This document shows, one piece after another, positions 1 through 18,000 of a DNA stretch of 64,000 bases. This DNA comes from Eledone cirrhosa (taxonomy: Eukaryota): NCBI GenBank assembly GCA_964016885.1, contig OZ024748.1:34720001-34784000 (forward strand), given 5' to 3'. The notes under the pieces were generated by a model. That model was given only the letters and a program-made list of their open reading frames with translations, searched no databases and was not told the origin of the DNA. A program made the position numbers and the translations under genes. How positions within the stretch are numbered: the stretch's first letter is position 1; each line of letters opens with the position of its first letter.

Positions 1-3000
1 ACCCAACATCCCACATGAGGCCACATCACAACATTCTACTACCCAACATCACACATGCGGCCACATCACAACATTCTGTTACCCTACATCCCACATGAGG
101 CCACATCACAACATTCTACTATCCAACATCCCATATGAGGCCACAGCAGGCCATTCTTTTACCTAACATCCCACATGGGGCCACATCACAACATTCTGTT
201 ACACGACATCCAAAATGAGGCCACATCACGGCATTCTATTACCCAACATCCAACATGGGGCAACATCACAACATTCTGTTACCCAACATCCCACATTAGG
301 CCATATCACGGCATTCTGATACCCAACATCCCACATGACGCCACATTACGGCATTATGTTACCCAACATCACACATGAGGCCACATCACAACATTCTGTT
401 ACCCAACATCTCACATGAGGCCACATCACAACATTCTGTTACCCAACATCCCACATGAGGCCACATCACAACATTCTGTTACCCAGCATCCCACATGAGG
501 CCACAACACGGCATTCAGTTACCCAACATCCCACATGAGGCCACATCACGGCATTCTGTTACCCAAAACCCCACATGAGGCCACATCACATATTTCTACT
601 ACCCAACTTCCTACATGAGGCCACATCACGTCATTCTGCTACCCAACATCCCACATGAGGCCACATAACAACATTCTAACTCCCAACATCTCACATGAGG
701 CCACATCAAAACATTCTGCTACCCAACTTCCCACATGAGGCCACATCACGGCATTCTGTTAGCCAACATACAACATGAGATGAAATCACAACATTCTACT
801 ACCCAACATCCCACATGAGATCACATCTCAACATTATGTTACCCTACATCCCACATGAGGCACATCACAGCATTCTGTAACCCAACATCCCACATGAGGC
901 CACATCACGGCATTCTGTTTGCCAACATCCCACATGAGGCCACATCACGGCATTGAGTTACCTAAAATCCCACAAGAGGCAACATCACGTCATTCTGTTA
1001 CCCAACAACCCACATGAGGCCACATCACAACATTCTGTTACCCAACATCCCACATGAGGCCACATCACGGCATTATTTTATCCAACATCCCAATTGAGGC
1101 CACATCACCACATTCTACTACCCAACATCCCACATGAGGCCACATCACGACATTCTTTTACCCAACATACCACATGAGGCCACATCACGGCATTCTGTTC
1201 CCCAACATTCCACATGAAGCCATATCACAACATTCTGTTACCCAACATCCCACAGGAGGCCACATCACGGCATTCTGTTACCCAACATCCCATATGAGGC
1301 CAAATCACAACATTCTACTACCCAACATGCCACATGACTACACATCACGGCATTCTGTTACCCAACAATCCACATGAGTCCACATTACAACATTCTGTTA
1401 CCGAACACCCCACATGAGGCCACATCACGGCATTCTGTTACCCAACATCCCACATGAGGCCATATCACGGCATTCTGTTACCCAACATCCCACATTAGAC
1501 AACATCACAACATTCTGCTATCCAACATCCCAGATGAGGCCACATCACGGCATTATGTTACCCGACATCCCACATGAGGCCACATCACAACATTCTACTA
1601 CCCAACATCCCACATGAGGCTACATTACAACATTCTGCTACGCAACATCCCACATGAGGCCACATTACGGCATTCTGTTACCCAACATCCCAAATGAGGC
1701 CACATCAAACATTCTGTTACCCAACATTCCAGATGAGGCCACATCACGGGATTCTGTTTACCAACATCACACATGAGGGCACACCACACCATTCTACTAC
1801 CCAACATCCCACATGAGGCCACATCACAACATTCTACTACCCAACATGCCACATGAGGCCACATCACAACATTCTAAAACCCAACATCCCACATGAGGCT
1901 ACATCACAATATTCTGCTACCCAACATCCCACATGAGGCCACATCACAACATTCTAATAGCCAACATCCCGCATGAGGCCACATCACAACATTATGCTAC
2001 CCAACATCCCAAATGAGGCCACATCACAACATTCTAATACCCAACACCCCACATGAATCCACATCACAGCATTCTGTTACCCAACATCTCACATGAGGCC
2101 ACATCAGAACATTCTGTTACCCAACATCCCACATGAGGCCACATCGCAACATTCTGTTACCCAACATCCTACATGAGGCCACATCACGGCATTCTGTTAC
2201 CCAACATCCCACATGAGGCCACATCACGGCATTCTGTTACCCAAAATCCCACATGAGGCCACATCACAACTTTCAACTACCCAACTTCCTACATGAGGCC
2301 ACATCACAACATTCTACCTCCCAACATCCCACATGAGGACACATCAAAACATTCTGCTACCCAACATCCCACATGAAGCCACATCACTGCATTCTGCTAC
2401 CAACATCCCACATGAGGCCACATCACAACATTCTACCTCCCAACATCCCACATGAGGACACATCTAAACATTCTGCTACCCAACATCCCACATGAAGCCA
2501 CATCACGGCATTCTTTTACCCAACATACCACATGAGGTCAAATCACAACATTCTACTACCCAACATCCCACATGAGATCACATCTCAACATTAAGTTACC
2601 CTACATCCCACATGAGGCACATCACAGCATTCTGTTACCCAACATCCGACATGAGACCACATCACGGCATTCTATTTACCAACATCCCACATGAGGCCAC
2701 ATGACAGTCTGTTACCCAACATCCCACATGAGGCCACATCAATGCATTGAGTTACCTAAAATCCCACATGAGGCCACATCACGGCATTCTGTTACCCAAC
2801 AACACACATGACGCCACATCACAACATTCTGTTACCCAACATCCCACATGAGGCCACTTCACGGCATTATTTTATCCAACATCACAATTGAGGCCACATC
2901 ACCACATTCTACTACTCAACATCCCAGATAAGGCCACATCACAACGTTCTACTACCCAACATCCCACATGAGGCCACATCACGGCATTCTTTTACCCAAC

Positions 3001-6000
3001 ATACCGCATGAGGCCACATCACGGCATTCTGTTGCCCAACATTCCACATGCGGCCACATCACAACATTCTGTTACCCAACATCCCACAGGAGGCCACATC
3101 ACGGCATTTTGTTAACCAACATCCCATATGAGGCCACATCACAACATTCTAGTACCCAACATCCCACATGAAGCCACATCACGGCAGTCTGTTACCCAAC
3201 ATGCCACATGACTACACATCACGGCATTCTGTTACCCAACAATCCACATGAGGCCACATTACAACATTCTGTTACCGAACACCCCACATGAGGCCACATC
3301 ACGGCATTCTGATACCCAACATCCCACATGAGGCAATATCACAGAATTCTGTTACCCAACATCCCACATTAGACCACATCACAACATTCTGCTATCCAAC
3401 ATCCCACATGAGGCCACATCACGGCATTATGTTACCCGACATCCCACATGAGGCCACATCACAACATTCTACTACCCAACATCCCACATGAGGCTGCATA
3501 ACAACATTCTGCTACCCAACATCCCACATGAGGCCACATCACGGCATTCTGTTACCCAACATTCCAGATGAGGCCACATCACGGGATTCTGTTTACCAAC
3601 ATCCCACATGAGGCCACACCACACCATTCTACTAGCCAACATCCCACATCAGGCCACATCACAACATTCTACTACCCAACATGCCACATGAGGCCACATC
3701 ACAACATTCTAAACCCAACATCCCACATGAGGCACATCACAATATTCTGCTATCCAACATCCCAAATGAGGCCACATCACAACATTCTACTACCCAACAA
3801 CCCACATGAGGCCACATCACAACTTTCTGTTAACCAACATCCCACGTGAGGTCACATCACGGCATTTTGTTACCCAACATCCCACATGAGCCCACATCAC
3901 GGCATTCTGTTACCCAACATCCCACATGAGGCCACATCACAACATTCTGTTACCCAACATTCCAGATGAGTTCACATCACGAGCTTCTGTTTACCAACAT
4001 CCCACATGAGGCCACATCACAACATTCTACTACCCAACATCCCACATGAGGCCACATCACAACATTCTACTACCCAACATCCCACATGAGGCCACATCAC
4101 AACATTCTACTAACCAACATCCCGCATGTGGCCACATCACAACAATATGCTACCCAACATCCCACATGAGTCCACATCACAAAATTCAGTTACCCAACAT
4201 CCCACATGAGGCAACATCACAAAATTCTACTACCCAACATCCCACATGCGGCCACATCACGACATTCTGTTACCCTACATCCTACATGAGGCCACATCAC
4301 AACATTCTACTAATCAACATACCAGATGAGGCCACAGCACGGCATTCTTTTACCTAACATCCCACATGGGGCCACATCACAACATTCTCTTACTCGACAT
4401 CCAACATAAGGCCGCATCACGGCATTCTTTTACCCAAAATCCAACATCGGGCAACATCACAACATTCTGTTACCCAACATCCCACATTAGGCCATATCAT
4501 GCATTCTGATACCCAACATCCCACATGAGGCCACATTACGGCATTCTGTTACCCAACATCCCATATGAGGCTAAATCACGGCATTCCGTTACCCAACATC
4601 CCACATGAAGCCACATCACAACGTTCTGTTACCCACCATCCCACATGAGGCCACATCACAACATTCTGTTAACCACAATCCCACATGAGGCCACATCACG
4701 GCATTCTGTTACCCAACATCCCACATGAAGCCATATCACGGCATTCTGTTACCCAACATCCCACATGAAGCCACATCACAACATTCTGTTACCCAACATC
4801 CCACAGGAGGCCACATCACGTGATTCTGTTACCCAACATCCCAGATAAGGCCACATCACAAATTTCTGTTACCCAACATCCCACATGAAGCCACATCACG
4901 GCAGTCTGTTACCCAACATGCCACAAACTACACATCAGAGCATTCTGTTACCCAACAACACACATGAGGCCACATTACAACATTCTGTTACCCAACATCC
5001 CACATGAGGCCACATCACGGCATTCTGTTACCCAACATCCCACATAACGCTATATCACGGCTTTCTGTTACCCAGCTACCCACATTAGACCACATCACAA
5101 CATTCAACTACCCAACATCCCACATGAGGCCACATCACAACATTCTACTAACCAACATACCGCATGTGGCCACATCACAACATTATGCTACCCAACATCC
5201 AACATGAGTCCACATCACAAAATTCAGTTACCCAACATCCCACATGAGGCTACATCACAAAATTCTACTACCCAACATCCCACATGAGGCCACATCACAA
5301 CATTCTACTAACCAACATCCCAGATGAGGCCACAGCACGGCATTCTTTTACCTAACATCCCACATGGGGCCACATCACAACATTCTCTTACCCGACATCC
5401 AACATAAGGCCGCATCACGGCATTCTTTTACCCAAAATCCAACTTCGGGCAACATCACAAAATTCTCTTACCCAACATCCCACATTAGGCCATATCAGGC
5501 ATTCTGTTACCCAACATCCCATATGAGGCCAAATCACGGCATTCCGTTACCCAACATCCCACATGAAGCCACATCACAACATTCTGTTACCCACCATCCT
5601 ACATGAGGCCACATCACAACATTCTGTTACCCAACATCCCACATAAGGCCACATCACAACATTCTGTTACCCACCATCCTACATGAGGCCACATCACGGC
5701 ATTCTGTTACCCAACATCCCACATGAAGCCACATCACGGCATTCTGTTACACAACATCCCACATGAAGCCACATCACAACATTCTGTTACCCAACATCCC
5801 ACATGAGGCATCTTCACAACATTCTACTACCCAACAGCCCAGATAAGGCCACAACATACTGTTACCCAACATCCCACAGGAGGCCACATCACGTGATTCT
5901 GTTACCCAACATCCCATATGAGGCCACATCACAACATTCTACTACACAACATCCCACATGAAGTAACATCACGGCAGTCTGTTAACCAACATGCCACAAA

Positions 6001-9000
6001 CTACACATCAGAGCATTCTGTTACCCAACAACACACATGAGGCCACATCACAACATTCTGTTACCCAACATCCCATATGAGGCCACATCACGGAATTCTG
6101 TTACCCAACATCCCACATGACGCCACATCACAACATTCTGCTATCCAACATACCACATGAGGGCACATCACAACATTCTACTACCCAACATCCCACATGA
6201 GGCCACATCACAACATTCTGCTACCCAACATCTCATATGACTACACATCACGGCATTCTGTTACCCAACAACCCACATGAGGCCACATCAGAACATTCTG
6301 TTACACAAGATCCCACGTGAGGTCACATCACGGCATTCTGTTACACAACATCCCACATGAGGCCACATCACAACATTCTGTTACCCAACATCCCACACGA
6401 GGCCACATCACGGCATTCTGCTACCGAACATCCCACATGAGGCCACATCACGGAATTCTGTTACCCAACATACCACATGAGGCCACATCACAACATTCTG
6501 TTACACTACATCCCACATTAGACCACATCACAACCTTCTTCCATCCAACATCCCACATGAGGTCACATCACGGCATTCTGCTACCCAACATACCACATGA
6601 AGCCACATCACGGCATTCTGTTACCCAACATCATATATGAGGCCATATCACAACATTCGGTTACCCAACATTCCAGATGAGGCCACATCACATGATTCTG
6701 TTTACCAGCATCCCACATGCGGCCACATCACAACATTCTACTACCCAACATCCCACATGAGGCTACATCCCAACATTCTGCTAACAAAACATCCCACATG
6801 AGGCCACATCACAACATTCTACTACCCAACATCCCACATGAGGCCACATCACAACATTCGACTACCCAACATCCCACATGAGGCCACATCACAACATTCT
6901 GCTACCCAACATCCCACATGAGGCCACATCACAACATTCTACTAACCAGCATCCCGCATGAGGCCACATCACGACGTTATGCTACCCAACATCCCACATG
7001 AGGCCACATCACAACATTCTACTACCAAACATCCCACACGAATCCACATCACGGCAGTCTGTTACCCAACATCCCACATGACTACACATCACGGCATTCT
7101 GTTGCCCAACAACCCACATAAGGCCACATCACAACGTTCTGTTACTCAACATCCCACGTGAGGTCACATCACGGCATTCTGTTACACAACATCCCACATG
7201 AGGCCACATCACGGCATTCTGTTACCCAACAACCCACATGAGGCCACATCACCACATTCTGTTACCCAATATTCCAGATGAGTCCACATCAGGCGATTCT
7301 GTTTACCAACATTCCACATGAGGCCACATCACAACATTCTACTACCCAAGATCCCACATGAGGCCACATCACAACATTCTGCTACCCAACATCCCACATG
7401 AGGCCACATCACAACACTCTACTAACCAACATCCCACATGAGTCCACATCTCAAAATTCAGTTACCCAACATCCACATGAGGCCACATCACAACATTCTA
7501 CTACCCAACATCCCACATGCGACAAAAAAACAACATTCTATTACCCTACATCCCACATGAGGCCACATCACAACATTCTACTACCCAACTACCAAGATGA
7601 GGCCACAGCACGGCATTCTTTTACCTAACATCCCACATGGGGCCACATCACAACATTCTGTTACCCGACATCCAACATAAGGCCACATCACGGCATTCTT
7701 TTACACAACATCCAACATGGGGCAACATCACAACATTCTGTTACCCAACATCCCACATTAGGCCATATCACGGCATTCTGATACCCAACATCTCACATGA
7801 GGCCACATTACGGCATTCTGTTACCCAACATCAGACATGAGGCCACATCACCACATTATACTACCCAACATCCCATATGAGGCCACATCACGGCATTCTG
7901 TTACGCAACATCCCACATGAGGCCACATCACAACATTCTGATACCCAACATACCACATGAGGCCACATCACAACATTCTACTACCCAACATCCCAGATAA
8001 GGCCACATCACAACATTCTGTTACCCAACATCCCACAGGAGGCCACATCACGTCATTCTGTTACCCGACATCCCATATGAGGCCACATCACAACATTCTA
8101 CTACCCAACATTCCACCTGAAGTTACATCACGGCAGTCTGTTACCCAACATCCCATATGAGGCCATATCACGGCATTCTGTTACCCAGCTACCCACATTA
8201 GACCACATCACAACATTCTGCTATCCAACATCCCACATGAGGGCACATCACAACATTCTGTTACCCTACATCCCACATGAGGCCACATCACAACATTCTA
8301 CTATCCAACTACCCAGATGAGGCCACAGCACGGCATTCTTTTACCTAACATCACACATGCGGCCACATCACAACATTATGTTACCCGACATCCAACATGA
8401 GGCCACATCACGGCATTCTGTTACCCAACATCCCACAGGAGGCCACATCACGTCATTCTGTTACCCAACATCCCATATGAGGCCACATCACAACATTCTA
8501 CTACCCAACATCCCACATGAGGCCATATCACGGCATTCTGTTACCCAGCTACCCACATTAGACCACATCACAACATTCTGTTACCCAAGATCCCACGTGA
8601 GGTCACATCACGGCATTCTGTTACCCAACATCCCACATTGGACTACATCACTAAATTCTGCTATCCAACATCCCACATGAGGCCACATCACGGCATTCTG
8701 TTACCCGACATCCCACATGAGGCCACATCACAACATTCTACTACCCAACATCCCACTTGAGGCTACATCCCAACATTCTGCTACCCAACATCCCACACGA
8801 AACCACATCACGGCAGTCTGTTACCCGACATCCCACATGACTACACATCACGGCATTCTGTTGCCCAACAACTCACATGAGGCCACATCACGGCATTCTG
8901 TTACGCAACATCCCACATGAGGCCATATCACGGTATTCTGTTACCCAACATCCCACATTGGACCACATCACAAAATTCTGCTATCCAACATCCCACATGA

Positions 9001-12000
9001 GGCCACATCATGGCATTCTGTTACCCGACATCCCACATGAGGCCACATCACAACATTCTACTACCCAACATCCTACATGAGGCTACATCCCAACATTCTG
9101 CTACCCAACATCCCACATTAGACCACATCACAACATTCTGCTATCCAACATCCCACATGAGGTCACATCACGGCATTCTGCTACCCAACATCCCACATGA
9201 AGCCACATCACGGCATTCTGTTACCCAACATCCTAAATGAGGCCATATCACAACATTCTGTTACCCAACATTCCAGATGAGGCCACATCACAGGATTCTG
9301 TTTACCAACATCCCACATTTGGCCACATCACAACATTCTACTACCCAACATCCCACATGAGGCTCCATCCCAACATTATGCAACCCAACATCCCACATGA
9401 GGCCACATCACGGCATTCTGCTACCCAACATCCCACATGAAGCCACATCACGGTATTCTGTTAACCAACATCCTAAATAAGGTCATATCACAACATTCTA
9501 TTACCCAACATTCCAGATGAGGCCACATCACGGGATTCTGTTTACCAACATCCCACGTGAGGCCACATCACAAAATTCTACTACCCAACATCCAACATGA
9601 GGCCACATCACAACATTATGCTACCCAACATCCCACATGAGGCCACATCACAACATTCTACTACCCAACATCCCACACGAAACCACATCACGGCAGTCTG
9701 TTACCCAACATCCCACATGACTACACATCAGGAATTCTGTTGCCCAACAACCCACATGAGACCACATCACAACATTCTGTTACCCAACATCCCACGCGAG
9801 GTCACATCACGGCATTCTGTTACACAACATCCCACATGAGGCCACTTCACGGCATTCTGTTACCCAACATCCCACATGAGGCCACATCACACCATTCTGT
9901 TACCCAACATTCCAGATGAGTCCACATCTCAAAGTTCAGTTACCCAACATTCCACATGAGGCCACATCACAACATTCTACTACCCAACATCCCACATGCG
10001 ACAAAAAAACAACATTCTATTACCCTACATCCCACATGAGGCCACATCACAACATTCTACTACCCAACTACCAAGATGAGGCCACAGCACGGCATTCTTT
10101 TACCTAACATCCCACATGGGGCCACATCACAACATTCTGTTACCCGACATCCAACATAAGGCCTCATCACGGCATTCTTTTACACAACATCCAACATTAG
10201 GCCCTATCACGGCATTCTGATACCCAACATCTCACATGAGGCCACATTACGGCATTCTGTTACCCAACATCAGACATGAGGACACATCACCACATTATAC
10301 TACCCAACATCCCATATGAGGCCACATCACGGCATTCTGTTACGCAACATCCCACGTGAGGTCACATCACGGCATTCTGTTACCCAACATCCCACATTGG
10401 ACTACATCACTAAATTCTGCTATCCAACATCCAACATGAGGCCACATCACGGCATTCTGTTACCCGACATCCCACATGAGGCCACATCACAACATTCTAC
10501 TACCCAACATCCCACTTGAGGCTACATCCCAACATTCTGCTAACCAACATCCCACATGAAGCCACATCACGGTATTCTGTTACCCAACATCCTAAATGGG
10601 GCCATATCACAACATTCTATTACCCAACATTCCAGATGAGGCCACATCACGGGATTCTGTTTACCAACATCCCACATGAGGCCACATCACAAAATTCTAC
10701 TACCCAACATCCCACTTGAGGCTACATCCCAACATTCTGCTACCCAACATCCCACACGAAACCACATCACGGCAGTCTGTTACCCGACATCCCACATGAC
10801 TACACATCACGGCATTCTGTTGCCCAACAACTCACATGAGGCCACATCACGGCATTCTGTTACGCAACATCCCACATGAGGCCATATCACGGTATTCTGT
10901 TACCCAACATCCCACATTGGACCACATCACAAAATTTTGCTATCCAACATCCCACATGAGGCCACATCATGGCATTCTGTTACCCGACATCCCACATGAG
11001 GCCACATCACAACATTCTACTACCCAACATCCCACATGAGGCTACATCCCAACATTCTGCTACCCAACATCCCACATTAGACCACATCACAACATTCTGC
11101 TATCCAACATCCCACATGAGGTCACATCACGGCATTCTGCTACCCAACATCCCACATGAAGCCACATCACGGCATTCTGTTACCCAACATCCTAAATGAG
11201 GCCATATCACAACATTCTATTACCCAACATTCCAGATGAGGCCACATCACAGGATTCTGTTTACCAACATCCCACATGCGGCCACATCACAACATTCTAC
11301 TACCCAACATCCCACATGAGGCTCCATCCCAACATTATGCAACCCAACATCCCACATGAGGCCACATCACGGCATTCTGCTACCCAACATCCCACATGAA
11401 GCCACATCACGGTATTCTGTTAACCAACATCCTAAATAAGGTCATATCACAACATTCTATTACCCAACATTCCAGATGAGGCCACATCACGGGATTCTGT
11501 TTACCAACATCCCACGTGAGGCCACATCACAGAATTCTACTACCCAACATCCAACATGAGGCCACATCACAACATTATGCTACCCAACATCCCACATGAG
11601 GCCACATCACAACATTCTACTACCCAATATCCCACACGAAACCACATCACGGCAGTCTGTTACCCAACATCCCACATGACTACACATCACGGCATTCTGT
11701 TGCCCAACAACCCACATGAGACCACATCACAACATTCTGTTACCCAACATCCCACGCGAGGTCACATCACGGCATTCTGTTACACAACATCCCACATGAG
11801 GCCACATCACGGCATTCTGTTACCCAACATCCCACATGAGGCCACATCACACCATTCTGTTACCCAACATTCCAGATGAGTCCACATCTCAAAGTTCAGT
11901 TACCCAACATTCCACATGAGGCCACATCACAACATTCTACTACCCAACATCCCACATGCGACAAAAAAACAACATTCTATTACCCTACATCCCACATGAG

Positions 12001-15000
12001 GCCACATCACAACATTCTACTACCCAACTACCAAGATGAGGCCACAGCACGGCATTCTTTTACCTAACATCCCACATGGGGCCACATCACAACATTCTGT
12101 TACCCGACATCCAACATAAGGCCACATCACGGCATTCTTTTACACAACATCCAACATTAGGCCCTATCACGGCATTCTGATACCCAACATCTCACATGAG
12201 GCCACATTACGGCATTCTGTTACCCAACATCAGACATGAGGACACATCACCACATTATACTACCCAACATCCCATATGAGGCCACATCACGGCATTCTGT
12301 TACGCAACATCCCACGTGAGGTCGCATCACGGCATTCTGTTACCCAACATCCCACATTGGACTACATCACTAAATTCTGCTATCCAACATCCCACATGAG
12401 GCCACATCACGGCATTCTGTTACCCGACATCCCACATGAGGCCACATCACAACATTCTACTACCCAACATCCCACTTGAGGCTACATCCCAACATTCTGC
12501 TAACCAACATCCCACATGAAGCCACATCACGGTATTCTGTTACCCAACATCCTAAATGGGGCCATATCACAACATTCTATTACCCAACATTCCAGATGAG
12601 GCCACATCACGGGATTCTGTTTACCAACATCCCACATGAGGCCACATCACAAAATTCTACTACCCAACATCCAACATGAGGCCACATCACAACATTATGC
12701 TACCCAACATCCCACATGAGGCCACATCACAACATTCTACTACCCAACATCCCACACGAAACCACATCACGGCAGTCTGTTACCCGACATCCCACATGAC
12801 TACACATCACGGCATTCTGTTGCCCAACAACTCACATGAGGCCACATCACGGCATTCTGTTACGCAACATCCCACATGAGGCCATATCACGGCATTCTGT
12901 TACCCAACATCCCACATTGGACCACATCACAAAATTCTGCTATCCAACATCCCACATGAGCCCACATCACGGCATTCTGTTACACGACATCGCACATGAG
13001 GCAACATCACAACATTCTACTACCCAACATCCCACATGAGGCTACATCCCAACATTCTGCTACCCAACATCCCACATGAGGCCACATCACGGCATTCTGT
13101 TACCCAACATACCACATGAGGCCACATCACAACATTCTGTTACCCTACATCCCACATTAGACCACATCACAACATTCTGCTATCCGACATCCCACATGAG
13201 GTCACATCACGGCATTCTGCTACCCAACATCCCACATGAAGCCACATCACGGCATTCTGTTACCCAACATCCTAAATGAGGCCATATCACAACATTCTGT
13301 TACCCAACATTCCAGATGAGGCCACATCACAGGATTCTGTTTACCAACATCCCACATCCGGCCACATCACAACATTCTACTACCCAACATCCAACATGAG
13401 GCCACATCACAACATTATGCTACCCAACATCCCACATGAGGCCACATCACAACATTCTACTACCCAACATCCCACACGAAACCACATCACGGCAGTCTGT
13501 TACCCAACATCCCACATGACTACACATCACGGCATTCTGTTGCCCAACAACTCACATGAGGCCACATCACAACATTCTGTTACCCAACATTCCACGCGGA
13601 GTCACATCACGGCATTCTGTTACACAACATCCCACATGAGGCCACATCACGGCATTCTGTTACCCAACATTCCAGATGAGTCCACATCTCAAAATTCAGT
13701 TACCCAACATCCCACATGTGGCCACATCACAACATTCTACTATCCAACATCCCACATGAGGCCACATCACAACATTCTGTTACCCTACATCCCACATGAG
13801 GCCACATCACAACATTCTACTACCCAACTACCCAGATGAGGCCACAGCACGGCATTCTTTTACCTAACATCCCACATGCGGCCACATCACAACATTCTGT
13901 TACCCGACATCCAACATAAGGCCACATCACGGCATTCTGTTACCCAACATCCCACAGGAGGCCACATCACGTCATTCTGTTACCCAACATCCCACATGAG
14001 GCCACATCACAACATTCTACTACCCAACATTCCACATGAAGCCACATCATGGCACTCTGTTACCCAACATCCCACATGAGGCCATATCACGGCATTCTGT
14101 TACCCAGCTACCCACATTAGACCACATCACAACATTCTGTTACCCAAGATCCCACGTGAGGTCACATCACGGCATTCTGTTACCCAACATCCCACATTGG
14201 ACTACATCACTAAATTCTGCTATCCAACATCCCACATGAGGCCACATCACGGCATTCTGTTACCCGACATCCCACATGAGGCCACATCACAACATTCTAC
14301 TACCCAACATCCCACTTGAGGCCACATCGCGGCATTCTGCTACCCAACATCCCACATGAAGCCACATCACGGTATTCTGTTACCCAACATCCTAAATGAG
14401 TCCATATCACAACATTCTATTACCCAACATTCCAGATGAGGCCACATCACGGGATTCTGTTTACCAACATCCCACATGAGGCCACATCACAAAATTCTAC
14501 TACCCAACATCCAACATGAGGCCACATCACAACATTATGCTACCCAACATCCCACAAGAGGCCACATCACAACATTCTACTACCCAACATCCCACACGAA
14601 ACCACATCACGGCAGTCTGTTACCCGAAATCCAACATGACTACACATCACAGCATTCTGTTGCCCAACAACCCACATGAGGCCACATCACGGCATTCTGT
14701 TACCCAACATCCCACATGAGGCCATATCACGGCATTCTGTTTCCCAACATCCCACATTGGACCACATCATAAAATTCTGCTATCCAACATCCCACATGAG
14801 GCCACATCACAGCATTCTGTTACCCGACATCCCACATGAGGCCACATCACAAAATTCTACTACCCAACATCCAACATGAGGCCACATCACAACATTATGC
14901 TACCCAACATCCCACATGAGGCCACATCACAACATTCTACTACCCAACATCCCACACGAAACCACATCACGGCAGTCTGTTACCCTACATTCCACATTAG

Positions 15001-18000
15001 ACCAAATCACAACATTCTGCTATCCAACATCCCACATGAAGCCACATCACGGCATTCTGTTACCCAACATCCTAAATGAGGCCATATCACAACATTCTGT
15101 TACCCAACATTCCAGATGAGGCCACATCACAGGATTCTGTTTACCAACATCCCACATGCGGCCACATCACAACATTCTACTACCCAACATCCCACATGAG
15201 GCTACATCCCAACATTATGCAACCCAACATCCCACATGAGGCCACATCACGGCATTCTGCTACCCAACATCCCACATGAAGCCACATCACGGTATTCTGT
15301 TACCCAACTTCCTAAATGAGGCCATATCACAACATTCTATTACCCAACATTCCAGATGAGGCCACATCACGGGATTCTGTTTACAAACATCCCACATGAG
15401 GCCACATCACAAAATTCTACTACCCAACATCCAACATGAGGCCACATTACAACATTCTGGTACCCAACATCCCACATGAGGCCACATCACAACATTCTAC
15501 AAACCAACATCCCGCATGAGGCCACATCACAACATTATCCTACCCAACGTCCCACATGAGTTCACATCACAACATTCAGTTACCCAACATCCCACATGAG
15601 GCCACATCACAACATTCTACTAACCAACATCCCTGATGAGGCCACAGCACGGCATTCTTTTACCTAACATCCCACATGATGCTACATCACAACATTCTAC
15701 TACCAAACATCCCACATGAGACAACATCACAACATTCTGTTACCCAACATTCCAGATGAGTCCACATCACGGGATTCTGTTTACCAACATCCCACATGAG
15801 GCCACATCACAACATTCTACTACCCAACATCCCACATGAGGCCACATCACAACATTTTGTTACCCAACATCCCACATGAGGTCACATTACAACATTCTGG
15901 TACCCAACATCCCACATGAGGCCACATCACAACATTCTACTAACCAACATCCCGCATGAGGCCACATCACAACATTATCCTACCCAACGTCCCACATGAG
16001 TTCACATCACAACATTCAGTTACCCAACATCCCACATGAGGCCACATCACAACATTCTACTACCCAGCATCCCACATGCGGCCACATCACAACATTCTGT
16101 TACCCTACATCCCACATGAGGCCACATCACAACATTCTACTACCCAACATCCCTGATAAGGCCACATCACGGCATTCTGTTACCCGATATCCCACATGAT
16201 GCTACATCACAACATTCTACTACCAAACATCCCACATGAGACAACATCACAACATTATGTTACCCAACATTCCAGATGAGTCCACATCACGGGATTCTGT
16301 TTACCAACATCCCACATGAGGCCACATCACAACATTCTGCTACCCAACATCCCACATGAGGCCACATCACAACATTCTACTAACCAACATCCGGCATGAG
16401 TCCACATCACAACATTATGCTACCCAACTTCCCACTTGAGTCCACATCACAACATTCAGTTACCCAACATCCCACATGAGGCCACATCTCAACATTCTAC
16501 TACCCAACATCCCACATGCGGACACATCACAACATTCTGTTACCCTACATCCCACATTAGGCCACATAACAACGTTCTACTGCCCAACATCCCAGATGAG
16601 GCCACAGCACGGCATTCTTTTACCTAACATCCCACATGGGACCACATCACGGCATTCTGTTACCCAACATTCAACATGGGGCAACATCACAACATTCTGT
16701 TACCCAAAATCCCACATTAGGCCATATCACGGCATTCTGATACCCAACATCCCACATGAGGCCACATTACGGCATTCTGTTACCCTACATCCCACATGAG
16801 GCCACATCACAACATTCTACTACGCAACATCCCAGATGAGGCCACATCACAACATTCTGTTACCCGACATCCAACATAAGGCCACATCACGGCATTCTGT
16901 TACCCAACATCCCACAGGAGGCCACATCACGTCATTCTGTTACCCAACATCCCACATGAGGCCACATCACAACATTCTACTACCCAACATTCCACATGAA
17001 GCCACATCACGGCACTCTGTTACCCAACATCCCACATGAGGCCATATCACGGCATTCTGTTACCCAGCTACCCACATTAGACCACATCACAACATTCTGT
17101 TACCCAAGATCCCACGTGAGGTCACATCACGGCATTCTGTTACCCAACATCCCACATTGGACTACATCACTAAATTCTGCTATCCAACATCCCACATGAG
17201 GCCACATCACGGCATTCTGTTACCCGACATCCCACATGAGGCCACATCACAACATTCTACTACCCAACATCCCACTTGAGGCTACATCCCAACATTCTGC
17301 TACCCAACATCCCACATGAGGCCACATCGCGGCATTCTGCTACCCAACATCCCACATGAAGCCACATCACGGTATTCTGTTACCCAACATCCTAAATGAG
17401 TCCATATCACAACATTCTATTACCCAACATTCCAGATGAGGCCACATCACGGGATTCTGTTTACCAACATCCCACATGAGGCCACATCACAAAATTCTAC
17501 TACCCAACATCCAACATGAGGCCACATCACAACATTATGCTACCCAACATCCCACAAGAGGCCACATCACAACATTCTACTACCCAACATCCCACACGAA
17601 ACCACATCACGGCAGTCTGTTACCCGAAATCCAACATGACTACACATCACAGCATTCTGTTGCCCAACAACCCACATGAGGCCACATCACGGCATTCTGT
17701 TACCCAACATCCCACATGAGGCCATATCACGGCATTCTGTTTCCCAACATCCCACATTGGACCACATCATAAAATTCTGCTATCCAACATCCCACATGAG
17801 GCCACATCACGGCATTCTGTTACCCGACATCCCACATGAGGCCACATCACAAAATTCTACTACCCAACATCCAACATGAGGCCACATCACAACATTATGC
17901 TACCCAACATCCCACATGAGGCCACATCACAACATTCTACTACCCAACATCCCACACGAAACCACATCACGGCAGTCTGTTACCCTACATCCCACATTAG